DNA of 63,285 bases, filler included, from Welwitschia mirabilis (taxonomy: Eukaryota), in NCBI GenBank assembly GCA_051453625.1. It is 5 parts of one record of this genome, joined end to end, with 100 filler letters (N's around TTAATTAATTAA, not from the genome) between each part and the next. Parts side by side here need not be neighbours in the genome. Positions count along the whole stretch, not along the records: positions 22,370 to 54,067 come from JBOZIK010000001.1; 4 more parts are not named here. One strand, 5' to 3'. The notes under the pieces were generated by a model. It was not told the origin of the DNA. It did no database searches and saw nothing but the letters and a program-made list of their open reading frames with translations. Positions 38,797 through 52,449 of the stretch are shown one piece after another; position 1 is the first letter of the stretch; every line of letters begins with the position of its first letter. The translations under genes and the position numbers were made by a program.

Positions 38797-39019
38797 TATA
38801 ATACAAGCATTTATCATATTGCATGAGATTTAAAATATACTATGATAAACTTTCTTGCATAAGATTCAAGACACTCTACGATATGTTCATTTGATGCAAG
38901 GTTTAAATATAATACAAGCATTTATCATAATGGATGAAATTCAAAATATACTATGATAAAATTTCTTGCATAAGATTCAAGACACTCTATGATATGTTCA
39001 TTTGATGCAAGTTTTAAAT
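38797..39019. repeat. Tandem duplication, ~111-bp unit x2
   Basis: TATAATACAAGCATTTATCAT...CTTGCATAAGATTCAAGACACTCTA..ATATGTTCATTTGATGCAAG occurs twice. Confidence 0.93.
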
Positions 39020-40403
39020 CTAACCAAATACAAAAAGTGGCAGAAAAACCTTCTCACTCTTCACTATTATGGCTAAATGAAGTATTTCCTAATAGAAACA
39101 TTCTCTAGTAAAAAAATAATTAACATTTCATATGTTTAGAAACATCAAGATATAGATAACCATCATCTTTCTTAAAGTAAATATGCAAAATTATGTAAAA
39201 TAAAATCATCTTAATTTATAAAAATCGATTATTAGTTTATTAATAGAAGACATCGTTAGAGTTTTTAGATTTAGGAGTTTTAATATAAAATGACATTGAA
39301 TAAATAGATTGGAAATTTTTATAGGACATTTGTGATTATATTGAATAAGAATTCTAAAGAGATTACATGGTTTTTTAAGGGTCAATAAAGTAAAGAACTT
39401 TTAGAATTATATGATATTTGTATTTCATATTCCGAGGTATAGTTAAAGATAGATTGATTTAAGTTTAGTCTCTTTGTTTTGTCCATTATAATGAGATACA
39501 TGTACACCTTCAGTTGAAAGGCATTAAAGCTAGTTCCTCATCTTCTTAGGAGAAGCATTCTTTATTTAATATAAGGTCTTAATCTATTTATAAACACACT
39601 TAAATTCTTGATAAGATATTATCTTGTAGTAGAAAACTACAAAATTATTGGGTTGAAAATGTATTTTGACCTTTCATTGTAAAGATTATAAAGAGATAAG
39701 ATATTTAGCTTTAAAAGAGGTAAGTCAAGACCATAATCATTTGACATGTATGAATTTTTTTATTTGTGTTTTGCTTTTGCTTTTATAATATTCTAATTAT
39801 TAGAAAGAATCATATATGATTTTGTTCCATAATTTTTAAAGGAAGTTTTTCTTCTCTTTTATTGACCTTGATATGAACTTTCTTTTGAATTTGCTTTTCA
39901 ACAAGTAACATTGTGGGTAGGGTGTGTATGTTTTTTAAACTCCTTTTAATTACATACACACTTACTTGAGTATGAGTTTCAACTATATATAGAAACATAG
40001 TATGTGACGTGTCTTTTCACAGTGATGTATCATTTGTTTTAAGTATGTATGAAGGTGGATGTAGTTGACAATGGATGGGAAAAAAAGAAAAAAAGTAAAA
40101 AACCAACATCAATATTCTAATTAGAATGATGCTGAAAATTAAATTCAAAAGGAATATTAATTATTAATAGGATTAAAATTGTTTATTCTCATATATATTA
40201 TATATTTTAGAGTCATTCCTTTATAACAAAATCTATCACTATCATTTTTGTTATTGTTGTGATAATTTTAATTTTATTTTTTACTATGAATCAACCATGA
40301 TTCCACCCAAGATATCTTTTCAATACATTTAATTTTGGTTTATCATTTTAGTACATATATTAATATATAATTTTTATATGCCATTTATACTTACTTTATT
40401 AAT

Positions 40404-41755
40404 TGTTCATTTAAGTACATGGATAGGATCTAAACTAGGTAAGGATCTAGTATCATTCTTACATAGGGATAATTGGGGTAGATTTTCAAAAATTACATAA
40501 CTCTTGCTTAATTGCACATTACAAAAGAAAGGGTAAAAGAGGAAGAGTTAATAATTTGTGTTGAAACTTCATTAGGAAAGTAGGGAAGCAACCAAACTCC
40601 AATGGTTCGCATGATTCATCCATGAGTTATCTTTTACTTCAATGATATCGTGCACCTTCCTGAAACATACTTAAATCATTAAGTAATGATGGCTCAGATC
40701 ATGATGTCATAATATCATTCACCATATGAGAGTTGGTGAATTAAAAAGTCACTTGGTCCTTCACAACCTTAAAATAACCATGAAAAATAAAGAGTTAATG
40801 TATTTGAGATCCATCAAATTAAAGAAGACTTAGATCAATTAACTAATGAATTCACTTAGTTGACAAAAGAACTTGATAGTGTAGACTCATTAAGCATTAA
40901 AAGTATGAAGCTATTCATGAATTGAAATCAAAATGTACATTTAATTATATTCAATCAAAAAGAATACATTACATAAATAGAAGAAGAAGGAAGCTAGAAA
41001 GGACTTCTCAAGCTATCCCTAAAGCAAGCTTACTCCTTAAAAAAAGTGCTTAGAAGGCCATGTTGACTTAACTCTCAAAGAGTTATATTACTTTGCCAAA
41101 ATGAAGAATGTTACAAATGAGGGCTCAAGGCCCTTTTATAGGCAAACATGGATGGAGGGTGTTAACGAGTCTTTGGCTTATAGCATTAAGTAAGTGGTTA
41201 CAAAATATGACATGTAGTATTCAGTGGATTTTTTGTCATCTTGCATTAGGTAGAAATCATCATGACAAGTCTAATACTTGGCTTCTAGATGATTCTACTT
41301 CTACCAACCACTCTCATTACCCTGCATCTCCACTGTCATCCTACTTAGCACTGCTACATATTACTATTATGTATCATTGTCATCACTGCCACATGTCAAC
41401 AAGATGCTAGTTATTTTTTATGTAAAATTTGGTTAAGCCCATAACTGCATTCGACTAAATTTTACATGATAGGTTAGGAATGTGAGTTTTGAAGAGTTCT
41501 GCTCAGAAGAATAGACGACGTCAGTGAGGAAAGGCTGTGGTGCTCACATTTTAGATTGGATGATGATCAACTTTTGTAATGTTCTTCTAAATGTGACAGT
41601 TATCCTGAAAATGTCATGGGAAGATGATAAATCAATAATTATTAGAGAAAAGCTATAGAGACATGTTTTTATGATAATTCAGTTAAATTAATATTTTCCA
41701 TTAAGATACATTAGTTAAATAACTTGATCAAAATCTCAGTTTTTACATGTTAACG
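40404..41755 (-). repeat. 3' LTR of element A
   Basis: Colinear with 52450-53935 and carries the empty site (AGTCACTTGGTCC, ~40747) for the insertion at 52803. Confidence 0.9.
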
Positions 41756-44700
41756 CACATCCTAATTAGACTTTTACTAGACTCTTAGCAAAAAGTTGAT
41801 AATGAAATGATTAAAATGGGAAAATTGTCCAAGGTAAAATACTCAGGTGTTAAAAATAATTTCTCTTTGAAAAATTTATGATTAATTTTCACAATACCAT
41901 TAAAACTTGAAATTATGTGAAAAAATGGGTCCATACCCCCAACCAAAACTGAACTTTGTCTTCAAAATTTTTGATAAAAAGTGTTAAAATCATCTTGAGA
42001 ACATAGCCTTAAAGATTTTTTGACAAGTCCTTTTATTGAAATAAAGAGATGAAAAGCAATGCAACTAAGCTATGAAAAAGAGAAAAACTACCTAAGACTA
42101 GATAATCACTTTTATTTTTCATGAAAAATGCTAAGTACAAAGTTTGATCCATAAAAATGTTTTATGCCTTATGATGTTTATTTCTCATGATATGGGGGTG
42201 AAGTGGAATGGGTGATGGAAATAGAAAATGAAAATATAACAAAAGGGCTTAACCACGCAACCAATGAATAAAGGAGACAACTTAACTAAGTCAATGGGCT
42301 TTATTATATTTTTGTGATTTTTAATAGATCTTAATATTAAGCAAGCATAATATCAATCAAGTATCTTATAGAATTTCAAGAAATTGCAACAAATCTTAAG
42401 TATAAAAGATAAAGAAAATAGAATACAAAAGGCCTCCAATTTCCACCTTTTTCTTTCCTTTATTTTTCATTTCCGCAAGAATATATGTTCTTTGTTTTAA
42501 TTCTTTGAATCAAGTTGAGAATTCAGCTTTACTACATCTCCTTCCAATAGAATTAAGCATGTTGTTATATGAAGGAGTCAGTGCTGCATTACAAGTGAGC
42601 GTTTATAGCCTCGATGTAATTGATTATGTCATAATTAAATCATTAGAGCTACATTACTAGTGAGCGTTCATAGCCCTAATACAGTTAACTAAACCCAATT
42701 AAGTGATTAATGGGATGCGTGTTTGGAGAGGAGATACTATTTTTCTTCTATTTATCTTCTTATATTCATTTTTTATGCACATTAGAGGGGTCATTAGCTC
42801 ATTATCCTAGTCAAGAAAAATCTTCTCCCCATCAAAAAAATTTAAAATAAGGAACATAATATGAGGGTAGATTCCACCTTTTCAACCATGTTTTACCAAG
42901 ATAAAAGACCTTAAGCAATCGTGTCTTTAATAATCAAACTCAAAGTAAGAATAACACTTCCTTAAAAACCCATAAGTAAACTTAATCATAATCATTACTT
43001 AAGTGATAACAAGATCACTTATTATTGACTTTTTGTTAAAGGCCATTAAGCTGGGTCTATTAAGTCTCATGAATTCATAGATGAATAACCAAAGTGGATG
43101 GTTTATTAGCTTATTGGAGCTATTGGAAAATGAGAGGGATGAATGGAAAGGTTTGAGGAGATAAAATTTGGGATTTCCTAAGTGAAAGGGTTTAAGGCAA
43201 TGCTTATATATGTGGCAGTACTTGGGAGGATTTAGATGAGAGAGATCATCAAGCACAAATGCGTTAAACATTTTTATTTTTTTAAAACTAAATACATTCT
43301 AAAAGAAAAATATATCTTAAAAGAAAAATCTAATCTAAAAGCTAAAGATATTTCACCATGGTATATGTGTGAAGGATCAAGAGTGTAAAAATAAAGGTTA
43401 GATGATTCGAAACTTTGCAAAGCATTTTGAACTAGAAGAGAATCCATGTAGATTTTTAGGCAAGAGTCCATGAAATTAGAAATAACATTAGTGTAGTAAG
43501 AAAGGTTTATACGTTTAAATAAAAAATAATTCATTCTTTAGCTTACTTATGTTTATTCAATAACTCTTACAAGACATCATGTTGAGAAGATGACAAAGAT
43601 GAATTGGAAATCAATTNNNNNNNNNNTTCATTAGATGAATCATGTGTAAAGTCTTTAAAAGGTGGTTTCAATTCTAAATAAGGTTCTTTTTTTTTTTTTT
43701 AATTAAGGCTTGGATCTTGCTTAATAAATAAAGGTGAATATACAATGGTTTGTCCATGGAGTTGTTGATAAGGTGAGGATATCTCATAACATGAATCATG
43801 CACAGAATCTTTGCTAATGTTCTTTTCCTTAGCAAGGTTACTTAAGGGTTCTTCCTTATGTTATTTCTTAAGCAAAAATGGTTGTAATTTAATGAGGTAT
43901 ATCCTTTATTAAATGATTGCTTATCTTCTGATGATTATTCATCCTCTGACACATTTAATATTCCTTTAAAATATAGCCTTTTGTAAATAATTGATCATTC
44001 TCTGGTGTGTTTTTAAAGTCAAGGTCCTCATGAATTTTCTCATTGTTCTTTCTCATTCCTAAAGGATATGGCTTGGGTATCATTAATTTTACTACTATTA
44101 TTCCCTTCAAAGTTTTGAAAATTCTTATGTTTATGGACTGTAGAAANNNNNNNNNNNNNNNNNNNNNNNNNNNNNNNNNNNNNNNNNNNNNNNNNNNNNN
44201 NNNNNNNNNNNNNNNNNNNNNNNNNNNNNNNNNNNNNNNNNNNNNNNNNNNNNNNNNNNNNNNNNNNNNNNNNNNNNNNNNNNNNNNNNNNNNNNNNNNN
44301 NNNNNNNNNNNNNNNNNNNNNNNNNNNNNNNNNNNNNNNNNNNNNNNNNNNNNNNNNNNNNNNNNNNNNNNNNNNNNNNNNNNNNNNNNNNNNNNNNNNN
44401 NNNNNNNNNNNNNNNNNNNNNNNNNNNNNNNNNNNNNNNNNNNNNNNNNNNNNNNNNNNNNNNNNNNNNNNNNNNNNNNNNNNNNNNNNNNNNNNNNNNN
44501 NNNNNNNNNNNNNNNNNNNNNNNNNNNNNNNNNNNNNNNNNNNNNNNNNNNNNNNNNNNNNNNNNNNNNNNNNNNNNNNNNNNNNNNNNNNNNNNNNNNN
44601 NNNNNNNNNNNNNNNNNNNNNNNNNNNNTTCCTAAAGGATATGGCTTGGGTATCATTAATTTTACTACTATTAGTCCCTTCAAAGTTTTGAAAATTCTTA

Positions 44701-47329
44701 TGTTTATGGACTGTAGAAAGGTCTTCATTCTATTGGTTGAGAACTCTAATGATTTGGGCATTAGCTTAGGTTATTTGTTGGAGAAGTTAAGTGTGATTTT
44801 AAAAACTTTGCTCAAGGTTATTTAGGGCAGAGGAGTATTATTTCAAAGTTCTTTCATGCTCGTGGTTAATTTGGACTTGAGTATTCATGAATTTTCTTAC
44901 TGACTCCTTAAAAAGGGTAAAAGAATATTATTGTTGCATGTAGNNNNNNNNNNNNNNNNNNNNNNNNNNNNNNNNNNNNNNNNNNNNNNNNNNNNNNNNN
45001 NNNNNNNNNNNNNNNNNNNNNNNNNNNNNNNNNNNNNNNNNNNGGCAGATGAGTTTTATTTCAAAGTTCTTTCAGGCTCGTGGTTAATTTGGACTTGTGT
45101 ATTCATGAATTTTATTAATGACTCCTTAAAAAGGGTAAAAGAATATTATTGTTGCATGTAGGAAGATAGAGAATAAGGATTAAATGATAAGTGATAAGGA
45201 TCATAATGGGCAGTGGAAAGCATAAGATCAAACTACTCTTATGGAAAATAAGGCTTTTGAAATTTGGGGAAAGAAGGTTGATCTATATGTGGAGGATGTT
45301 CTAAGCTTCAAAGATATTCTCTAAAGATTTTCTTAGTGTTAAAAGGATCTCTAGGTTTAAAGAAGTTTCCATAGATAGAGTGTTGTTCAAAAGGTATTTC
45401 ATACAATCTTCCAAAGAAGTTATGTTACCAACTCATGTTAAAGTTTCAGAAAACTATATATGAAGTTTACCGAAAGGTTACATGTTCACAACTTTTTAAA
45501 AAATCAAAAAAAGTCACATATCAAAAATGGCTTAGACAAGTGAGATAAGGGTTTTTGTAAAGTTTGAGAAGGTTTTAGCAAAAAGGTCAGTGACGCTGGT
45601 TTGGGAAGGCGTCAATGCCATTTAAGATGAGAGTTATAATTTCAGAAAAGTTCTAGGGATTCACAAGATTCTTATAGATTGTTTGACATAACAGGGTCAT
45701 AGAAAAACATAACAAAAATGAAACACGACAATGCACTCAAAACTAATCCTAACAAAAATTAAATTGCAAAAAAAATTTTTTTTTAGTGATTTAACATTTA
45801 TGTTAACATGTAAGAATTGACATTATGATCAAGTTAAATGACCAAATAATCCTAATGAAAGATATTAATATAATCAATTTTATCATAAAACTATGTCTCT
45901 TATTCATTTTTACGATAATTATGAACTTATCCCATTACCAATGAAATTCTCAGGTTTATTATGCCAAATTGAAGGAGAACACTTAAAATGAAGATCATCA
46001 GAGCTAATATGCTAGCGCCACCATCCAGGACCACTAGTGCCATCGGTCTTTCTGCCTTAAGTTCCTTTAAATTCACATATTTGGCTTGATGTGGAGGACT
46101 AAAACAAATGTAATTATGATCTTAATTTAGTTCCACATAAAAATTAACTTTCATCCTTGATGACACATGGCGATGATGATGAGGATTCAAAAATGACATG
46201 TGGCATTGCTGAGTAGGATGAAGGTGAAGACACATGGCTATGATAGTAGGAGCAGTAGCTGTAGCATCCAGGTACCAAGTGTTGGCATCGTCATATGAAT
46301 CTTTACTAAATGGAAAAAAGACAAACCATCCTACCTAATGTTATGATGATGTAACTTTCCACCTAACGTTATAAGAGCTTGCAACCACTTCTCTCCCTCA
46401 TCTATCCTTATAAAAGGGCCTTGAACCGTTTATTGTATCATCTTCAGTTTTGGATGGTTATAGAATCTGGAGCATCAATTGCCATGGCTTTTTAAGCAAC
46501 TCTTTAGGAGTGAGCTAATTTTTGAGGATTTTTAAGAAGCTCTTCTAGAATCTTTATTTCTTTTTTGTACATTATTCATTTTTTGTAATACATAAGTTGT
46601 TAGTTTTTTATTTTAATTCATGAGTCAGATTATAATTGGAATGCTTAGATGACAACTTTAATCATTAAGATTTATTACATTTGATTGAGCTATTTTAATA
46701 CTTGATCTAAATCTTTTAAATTGATAAATTTTAACTACTTAGAGTTTTAATTTCTATTAATATTTAAGGCTTTTAAGATAAAGTGGTAATTAAGTTCACC
46801 ATTACTCACATGATGAATGATATGATGTCACCATGATCTTAGCTAAAACACTTGATGATTTTAAGTGTATTGTAAGAAAGGCATGGGATAACACTGAACT
46901 GAAGGATTGCTTGAGGATGAACCAATGATACCTTGGAGCTAGCTTTCTTCTCTCTTCTGTTAAATTGAAGTTCAACTCTCATCAACTACCTTTTCTTACC
47001 TTCTTTTCTTTTCTTAGATTTTGTACTTGCAAAAAGTTTAAGTTAGTGTAATTATGAAGCACTACCCATGTTATTCCTAAGGAAGAAAGATAACTAAATG
47101 CAAACTTAGTTTTAAATCCAAACATTGTAAAAAAATGAATAGATTTTGGTATCATTGCCAAGGATAATAGCACGGTAGCAGCCTAATGAAGCACTACTTT
47201 TCTTTTCTATAGGTTTTTATACACAGTTTTTGCTGTTCCAGTGGTGGGTACTGATCCTCTTTAGGGATACCTGAACTAGTTCATTTTGCTTTTTCTTTTG
47301 TGTATTTCTTTTAATTAAGTTTTTTGATG

Positions 47330-47960
47330 GTGTGATATAGATGGTTCTATTGGATTCTCCCAATTTTTTTAGCTTTTTGTTACCCTCTTAAGGTACTCCT
47401 AAACTTCGTCTAAAGGCATGTTAAAGAAGTTACCCTTACTCATCATTTCGACTAGTTGTGTATTGCTTATGTTCAACCCATCATAAAAAAAGATTATTTT
47501 CTTTCCCAGCTTAAAAATATGTTGGAGGAATTTTTCTAGTAAGTTCTTAAAGTGTTTTAAGATTTGGTAGAATGTCTCATAATTGTTTTATTGAAAATTC
47601 ATTATCTCCTTTCTTAAGGCATTCGCTTTGTGATTAGGAAAAAATTTTGGGATGAATGTCTTATTTAGATTAATTCAATATTTCATGGAAAAGGGCTTAA
47701 GGATGTACAACCATGATTTTGCCTTCTTCTTTAAGGAAAATGGAAATAAGATTAATCCAAGGGCATCACAAGTGCTCTAATATTGAGGGATGGTTGAGAG
47801 GACACACTCAAATTCCTCAAGATGAAGGTATGAGTCATCAGATTTTAATCCATGGAAATGAGATAAGAGTTGAATACTAGAGGGTTTAAACTCTAACCTC
47901 TGGTTTATGGATGGCATCATGATGCATGAAGGTGTTCCTAGGCATTAGTCTTAGTAATAA
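47330..47960 (-). pseudogene. Athila-type gag (Retrotrans_gag-like), antisense to element B
   Basis: Minus translation gives LEFKPSSIQLLSHFHGLKSDDSYLHLEEF, DALGLILFPFSLKKKAKSWLY, KFFPNHKANALRKEIMNFQ, FYDGLN and QLVEMMSKGNFF. Confidence 0.88.
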
Positions 47961-48857
47961 TTATGAATGGTTTATGTTGGCTGCAATAATATTGACTTAT
48001 TGTTTGACTATGTCTTAGGTAAGGTAATAGATTGTTAATTGGGTGATGAAGTCTTGAGTGGATGTGGATCCTCTAATTAAGTCATTTGGATCATGCTAAT
48101 ACTATTTTTAGGTTGACTAGTTTTGCTAATAATTATTTGGGTTGTTTTAAGAGAAGGAGGTTTATTCTTGCTAGGAATCTTCAGAGGGTTGGTTTTCATT
48201 TCAGGATCTGATTTATCTGATTCGATCATGATTAGTAAATAGGTCCAAGTTATTGTAAATTAATCTCCCAGGTTTGTCATGGGTCCAATGCATATAAGAA
48301 TGTGTTCAGGTTGGTTTCAAGTATGTTTTAGATCAATTTTCACAAAGTCTATAAGTCATAGAGGTTTCAGGATCTACACAGAAGGTTCAAATGAAATCAC
48401 AGAGTATTCTAGTTTCAAAGGATAGTGGCGCTAGTGAGGGCAGGTAGTAACACTGGTTTACATGCAAATTATAGTTTTAGTTTTTACATAGAGGTTTGTC
48501 GACCACATGCAGAACGTTTTGCATAACAGAGTTACAGAGAAATAAAGTCGAAGTAAAGAGCATAAATAAAATTGAACCCAAATAATAAAAAAATAGTGAA
48601 AAATGTTTTAGAGGTTCTAATGTGCTAGCTTTCCTAGCCTATAGTTCATAAGCAAATCGACTCCCCAACCCCCTACTCAGTTGCAATTATGTGGGGAGGA
48701 GGATTTGTGAGTGAACTTAACATGCAACAAAATCACAGAAACAAAAACATAGAAAAATGCAGAAAAACATGGAAGAGTATAGTAGATATGTAACATAAAG
48801 TTAATTAAAATTTTTTAAGTTTTTACTCCTAAGGCAACCTGCAAACAAATGCAATTC

Positions 48858-48975
48858 AGTGCCCATCATTTTAGAAAGACCTTTTCTTGCACTTCAAATG
48901 CCTTAATTAATTATAGGATTGGTCAAATGAAGATACTGTTTGACAACATGACCTTGGACTTAAATATTTTTAACA
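48858..48975 (+). pseudogene. Athila-type aspartic protease C-terminal remnant (sense to B)
   Basis: VPIILERPFLA, then after a frameshift SNALINYRIGQMKILFDNMTLDLNIFN, matching the PIILGRPFLATSNALI...NMTLELNIF pattern. Confidence 0.75.
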
Positions 48976-51900
48976 CAATGAAATTATCAAGTAATCCTGA
49001 AGAGGCTAATTAGCTTAATGAAAATTGCAATTTTGAATGTTCTTCTTATGAGATAAATATTTCCCATTTTGCACTATCATTTTATTATTGCTTCTTCAAC
49101 TCTGAACCCAATAGTTATAAAACCTTTGATTCTTCTACAATAAGTCATCCTAAAAATCAAGTTATACCCGAGGATGGTTTTCTCATGATTACTCTACCAC
49201 ATCATTATCACTTATCCCACCACCATTTTAAACCTTGTCATTTATCAAATCCATTTTTAAAATACTTTATTAATCCCACGAATCATTCATCCAAGCAATC
49301 AACCCATGAATTTTCATACTTATTGACCTAGGTTAATGATCCTTAAACAAAAATCAATAATAAGTGATCTCATTATCACCTAAGTAATGATTGGGATCAA
49401 GTTTACTTATCAGATTTTAAGGAAAAGTATGTTTAATTTGAGTATGTTGGTTAAGAAGGCATTTGCTTAGGGTCTCTAGTTTTGGTAAAACTTGGTTGAA
49501 AATGTGGGATTTACCTTCTATGTATTTCTTAAGTCTAAAAGCCTTTGATGGGAATAAGATGTGTTTTGACTAGGCTAATGAGCTAAGATGGGGATAAGAT
49601 TTATCTTGACTAGGCTAATGAACTAATGAACCCCTAAAAAAAAAAGGGTCTATGGGAAGATGAATAAAAGAAAGTAATATATCTTATTCAAATACAGATA
49701 AAATTAAATCACTTAATTGGGTTTAGTTAACTGCATTAGGGGTATGGACGCCTGCTAGCAATGCAGCTCTAATGATCTAATTGCAACATGTTCAATTGCA
49801 TCAAGGCTATAATACTTGCTAGTAATGTAGCAGTGGTTTCTGCATAAAACAACATGCTTAACTCTATTGGCAAAAATTGTCATAACACTAGATACTTAAT
49901 GTGATTCAAAGGCTTAAAACTAAGGACATATGAGAAGGTAGAAATAAAAAATAAAGGAATAAAAAAGGTGGGAATTGGAGGCTTTGTATGAACTGTTATC
50001 TCTTAACCTTCATGCTTGGATGTGCTAAAAGTTTTTAAATTTGTATAATTTACTTGGTTAAAACTTCGCCTGGTTGATGTTAAGACCCACTAAAATAAAA
50101 TTTACAAAAATATGGGCCATTAGCTTAGGAAACATTTACTCATTTATTCATTAGTTTTTGGTTAAGTCTTTTAAATGCATTTGATCTTCATCCAATCCAC
50201 TTCACTTTAGTTCACTTCCATTTCATGAAAAAAAATTCATAAGGAATTAACTATTTTTTATAGTGTGATATTCCACTGAGCTTTTCACTATAGTTAGTTT
50301 TTCCTTTCTCTTAGCTTAGTTGCATCATTTTGCATGGTTTTCAATAAAATAATGATTGGTCTAAAACTATGTTCTCAAAATAAATTTAGCACTTTTTACC
50401 ATATAACTTTGAGGATAAAGTTAAGTTTTGGTTATGGGTACCACATTTGGTTTTCACATCGAATTTTTTCATTTTAATTCTTTAATTGCATAAATTTGGT
50501 CATAAAATTTCCAAAGATATATCATTCGCACAGTTGAGCATTTTTGACATAGATAATTTTCCATGTTTAACCATTTATTTATCAACTTTTTGCTAAGGCA
50601 CTAGTAAAAGACTAGTTAGGGGCTGTGTTAAGATGTAAAAATTAATATTATGATCAAGTTAAATAATCAAGTAATCCTAATGAAAGAGATTAATATAATT
50701 GCTTTTATCATAAAACTATGCCTTCTATTGGTTTTTATAATANNNNNNNNNNNNNNNNNNNNNNNNNNNNNNNNNNNNNNNNNNNNNNNNNNNNNNNNNN
50801 NNNNNNNNNNNNNNNNNNNNNNNNNNNNNNNNNNNNNNNNNNTAATATAATTGCTTTTATCATAAAACTATGCCTTCTATTGGTTTTTATAATAATTATG
50901 GACTTATTCCATCACCCATGAGATTTTCAGGCTTATTATGCCAAATTGAAGAAGAACACTTAAAATGAAGATCATTAAAGCTAATATGCTGATGCCATCA
51001 TCTAGGACCATTGTCGCCACTGGTTTTTTGCCTTAAGTTCCTTCAAACTCATGTTCTTGGTTTGTCATGGAGGACTAAAATAGATGTAGTTATGGGCTTA
51101 GTCTAATTCCACATAAAAATTAACTTGTATGCTTGACGACACATGGCAGTGATGATGACTTTCAAAATGACATGTAGCATTGTCGAGTAGGATGATGGTG
51201 AAGACACATGTCTATGACAACAGTTGGTAGTAGCTGCAGCATCTAGGAGCCAAGTGTTGATGTCATCATAGGAATCTCTACCAAATGAAAAAAAGATAAA
51301 CTATCCTACTCAATGTCATAATTATGTAACTATCCACCTATACTATAAGCCAAGAGCTTGTAACCAACACTCTTCTCCATCTCTCCCTATAAAATGGCCT
51401 TAAACCCTTCATTGTATCATTTTTAGCTTTGGAGAATTATAGAACCTTGGAGCATCAATGTTGATGGCTTGCTAAGCAATTCTTTAAGGGAGTGAGCTAG
51501 TCTTCGAGGATTATTGAGGAGCTCTTTTGGCATCTTTCTTTCTTTACTGTAAAGTGTTCATTTAATGTAATACATAAATTGTTAGTTTTTGATTTTAGTT
51601 CATGAGTTACATTATAATTGAAATGCTTAGATAACAACTTTAACCATTAGGCTTTATTGCATTTAAGTGAACTATTTTAATACTTGATCTAAGTCTTTTA
51701 ACTCTATAGATTTTAAGTACTTAGGTCCTTACTTTCTATTATTGTTTAAGGCGTTGAAGATCAAGTGGCAATTGAGTTTACCATTACTCAGATGGTGAAT
51801 AACATGATGTCATCATGATCCGATCCAAAACACTTAATGGTTTTAAGTGTGTTACAGGAAAGACATTAAACAACATTAGAGTAAAGGATTTCTTAAGGAT

Positions 51901-52449
51901 GAATCACTAGTACCTTGAAGCTAGCTTTCTTCACTCCTTTCTTCACTCATCAACTCCCTTTTCTTATCTTCTTTTCTTTTCTTAAATTTTATACTTCCAA
52001 AAAATTTTAGTGTAATTCTGGATCACTACCCACATTATCCTTGAGGAAGAATGATAACTAGTGCAAACTTGGTTTTAAATCTCAACATTATAAAACACTG
52101 NNNNNNNNNNNNNNNNNNNNNNNNNNNNNNNNNNNNNNNNNNNNNNNNNNNNNNNNNNNNNNNNNNNNNNNNNNNNNNNNNNNNNNNNNNNNNNNNNNNN
52201 NNNNNNNNNNNNNNNNNNNNNNNNNNNNNNNNNNNNNNNNNNNNNNNNNNNNNNNNNNNNNNNNNNNNNNNNNNNNNNNNNNNNNNNNNNNNNNNNNNNN
52301 NNNNNNNNNNNNNNNNNNNNNNNNNNNNNNNNNNNNNNNNNNNNNNNNNNNNNNNNNNNNNNNNNNNNNNNNNNNNNNNNNNNNNNNNNNNNNNNNNNNN
52401 NNNNNNNNNNNNNNNNNNNNNTTATATCTGATAATGATGCCAAAATATT

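Larger units (their letters stand above)
45801..52100 (+). mobile_element. Element B: related non-autonomous Athila-like LTR retrotransposon nested in A in the opposite orientation (right end runs into the gap)
   Basis: 5' LTR 45801-47141 and 3' LTR 50626 to >52100 are colinear. PBS TGGTATCATTGCCAAGGA at 47147-47164, PPT-like AGTTAGGGGCTG at 50614-50625. The LTR and the 3' internal ~1.4 kb are homologous to the reverse complement of A. Confidence 0.9.

Noticed and set aside
36560..40400. Short AT-rich ORFs (37054, 39810; likewise 31175, 31468, 31485)
   Set aside because: Low-complexity F/L/I/K/N/Y composition with no domain motifs; not supportable as genes.
44057..45161. Direct repeats flanking N gaps (44057-44146/44629-44718, 44826-44943/45044-45161, also 50690-50742/50842-50892)
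   Set aside because: Each pair sits exactly at contig ends, so they are most likely unmerged overlaps or haplotypes rather than real tandem repeats.
49765..49780. CTAATGA as a decayed hammerhead CTGATGA core (retrozyme)
   Set aside because: No correctly placed GAAA or three-stem junction was found.
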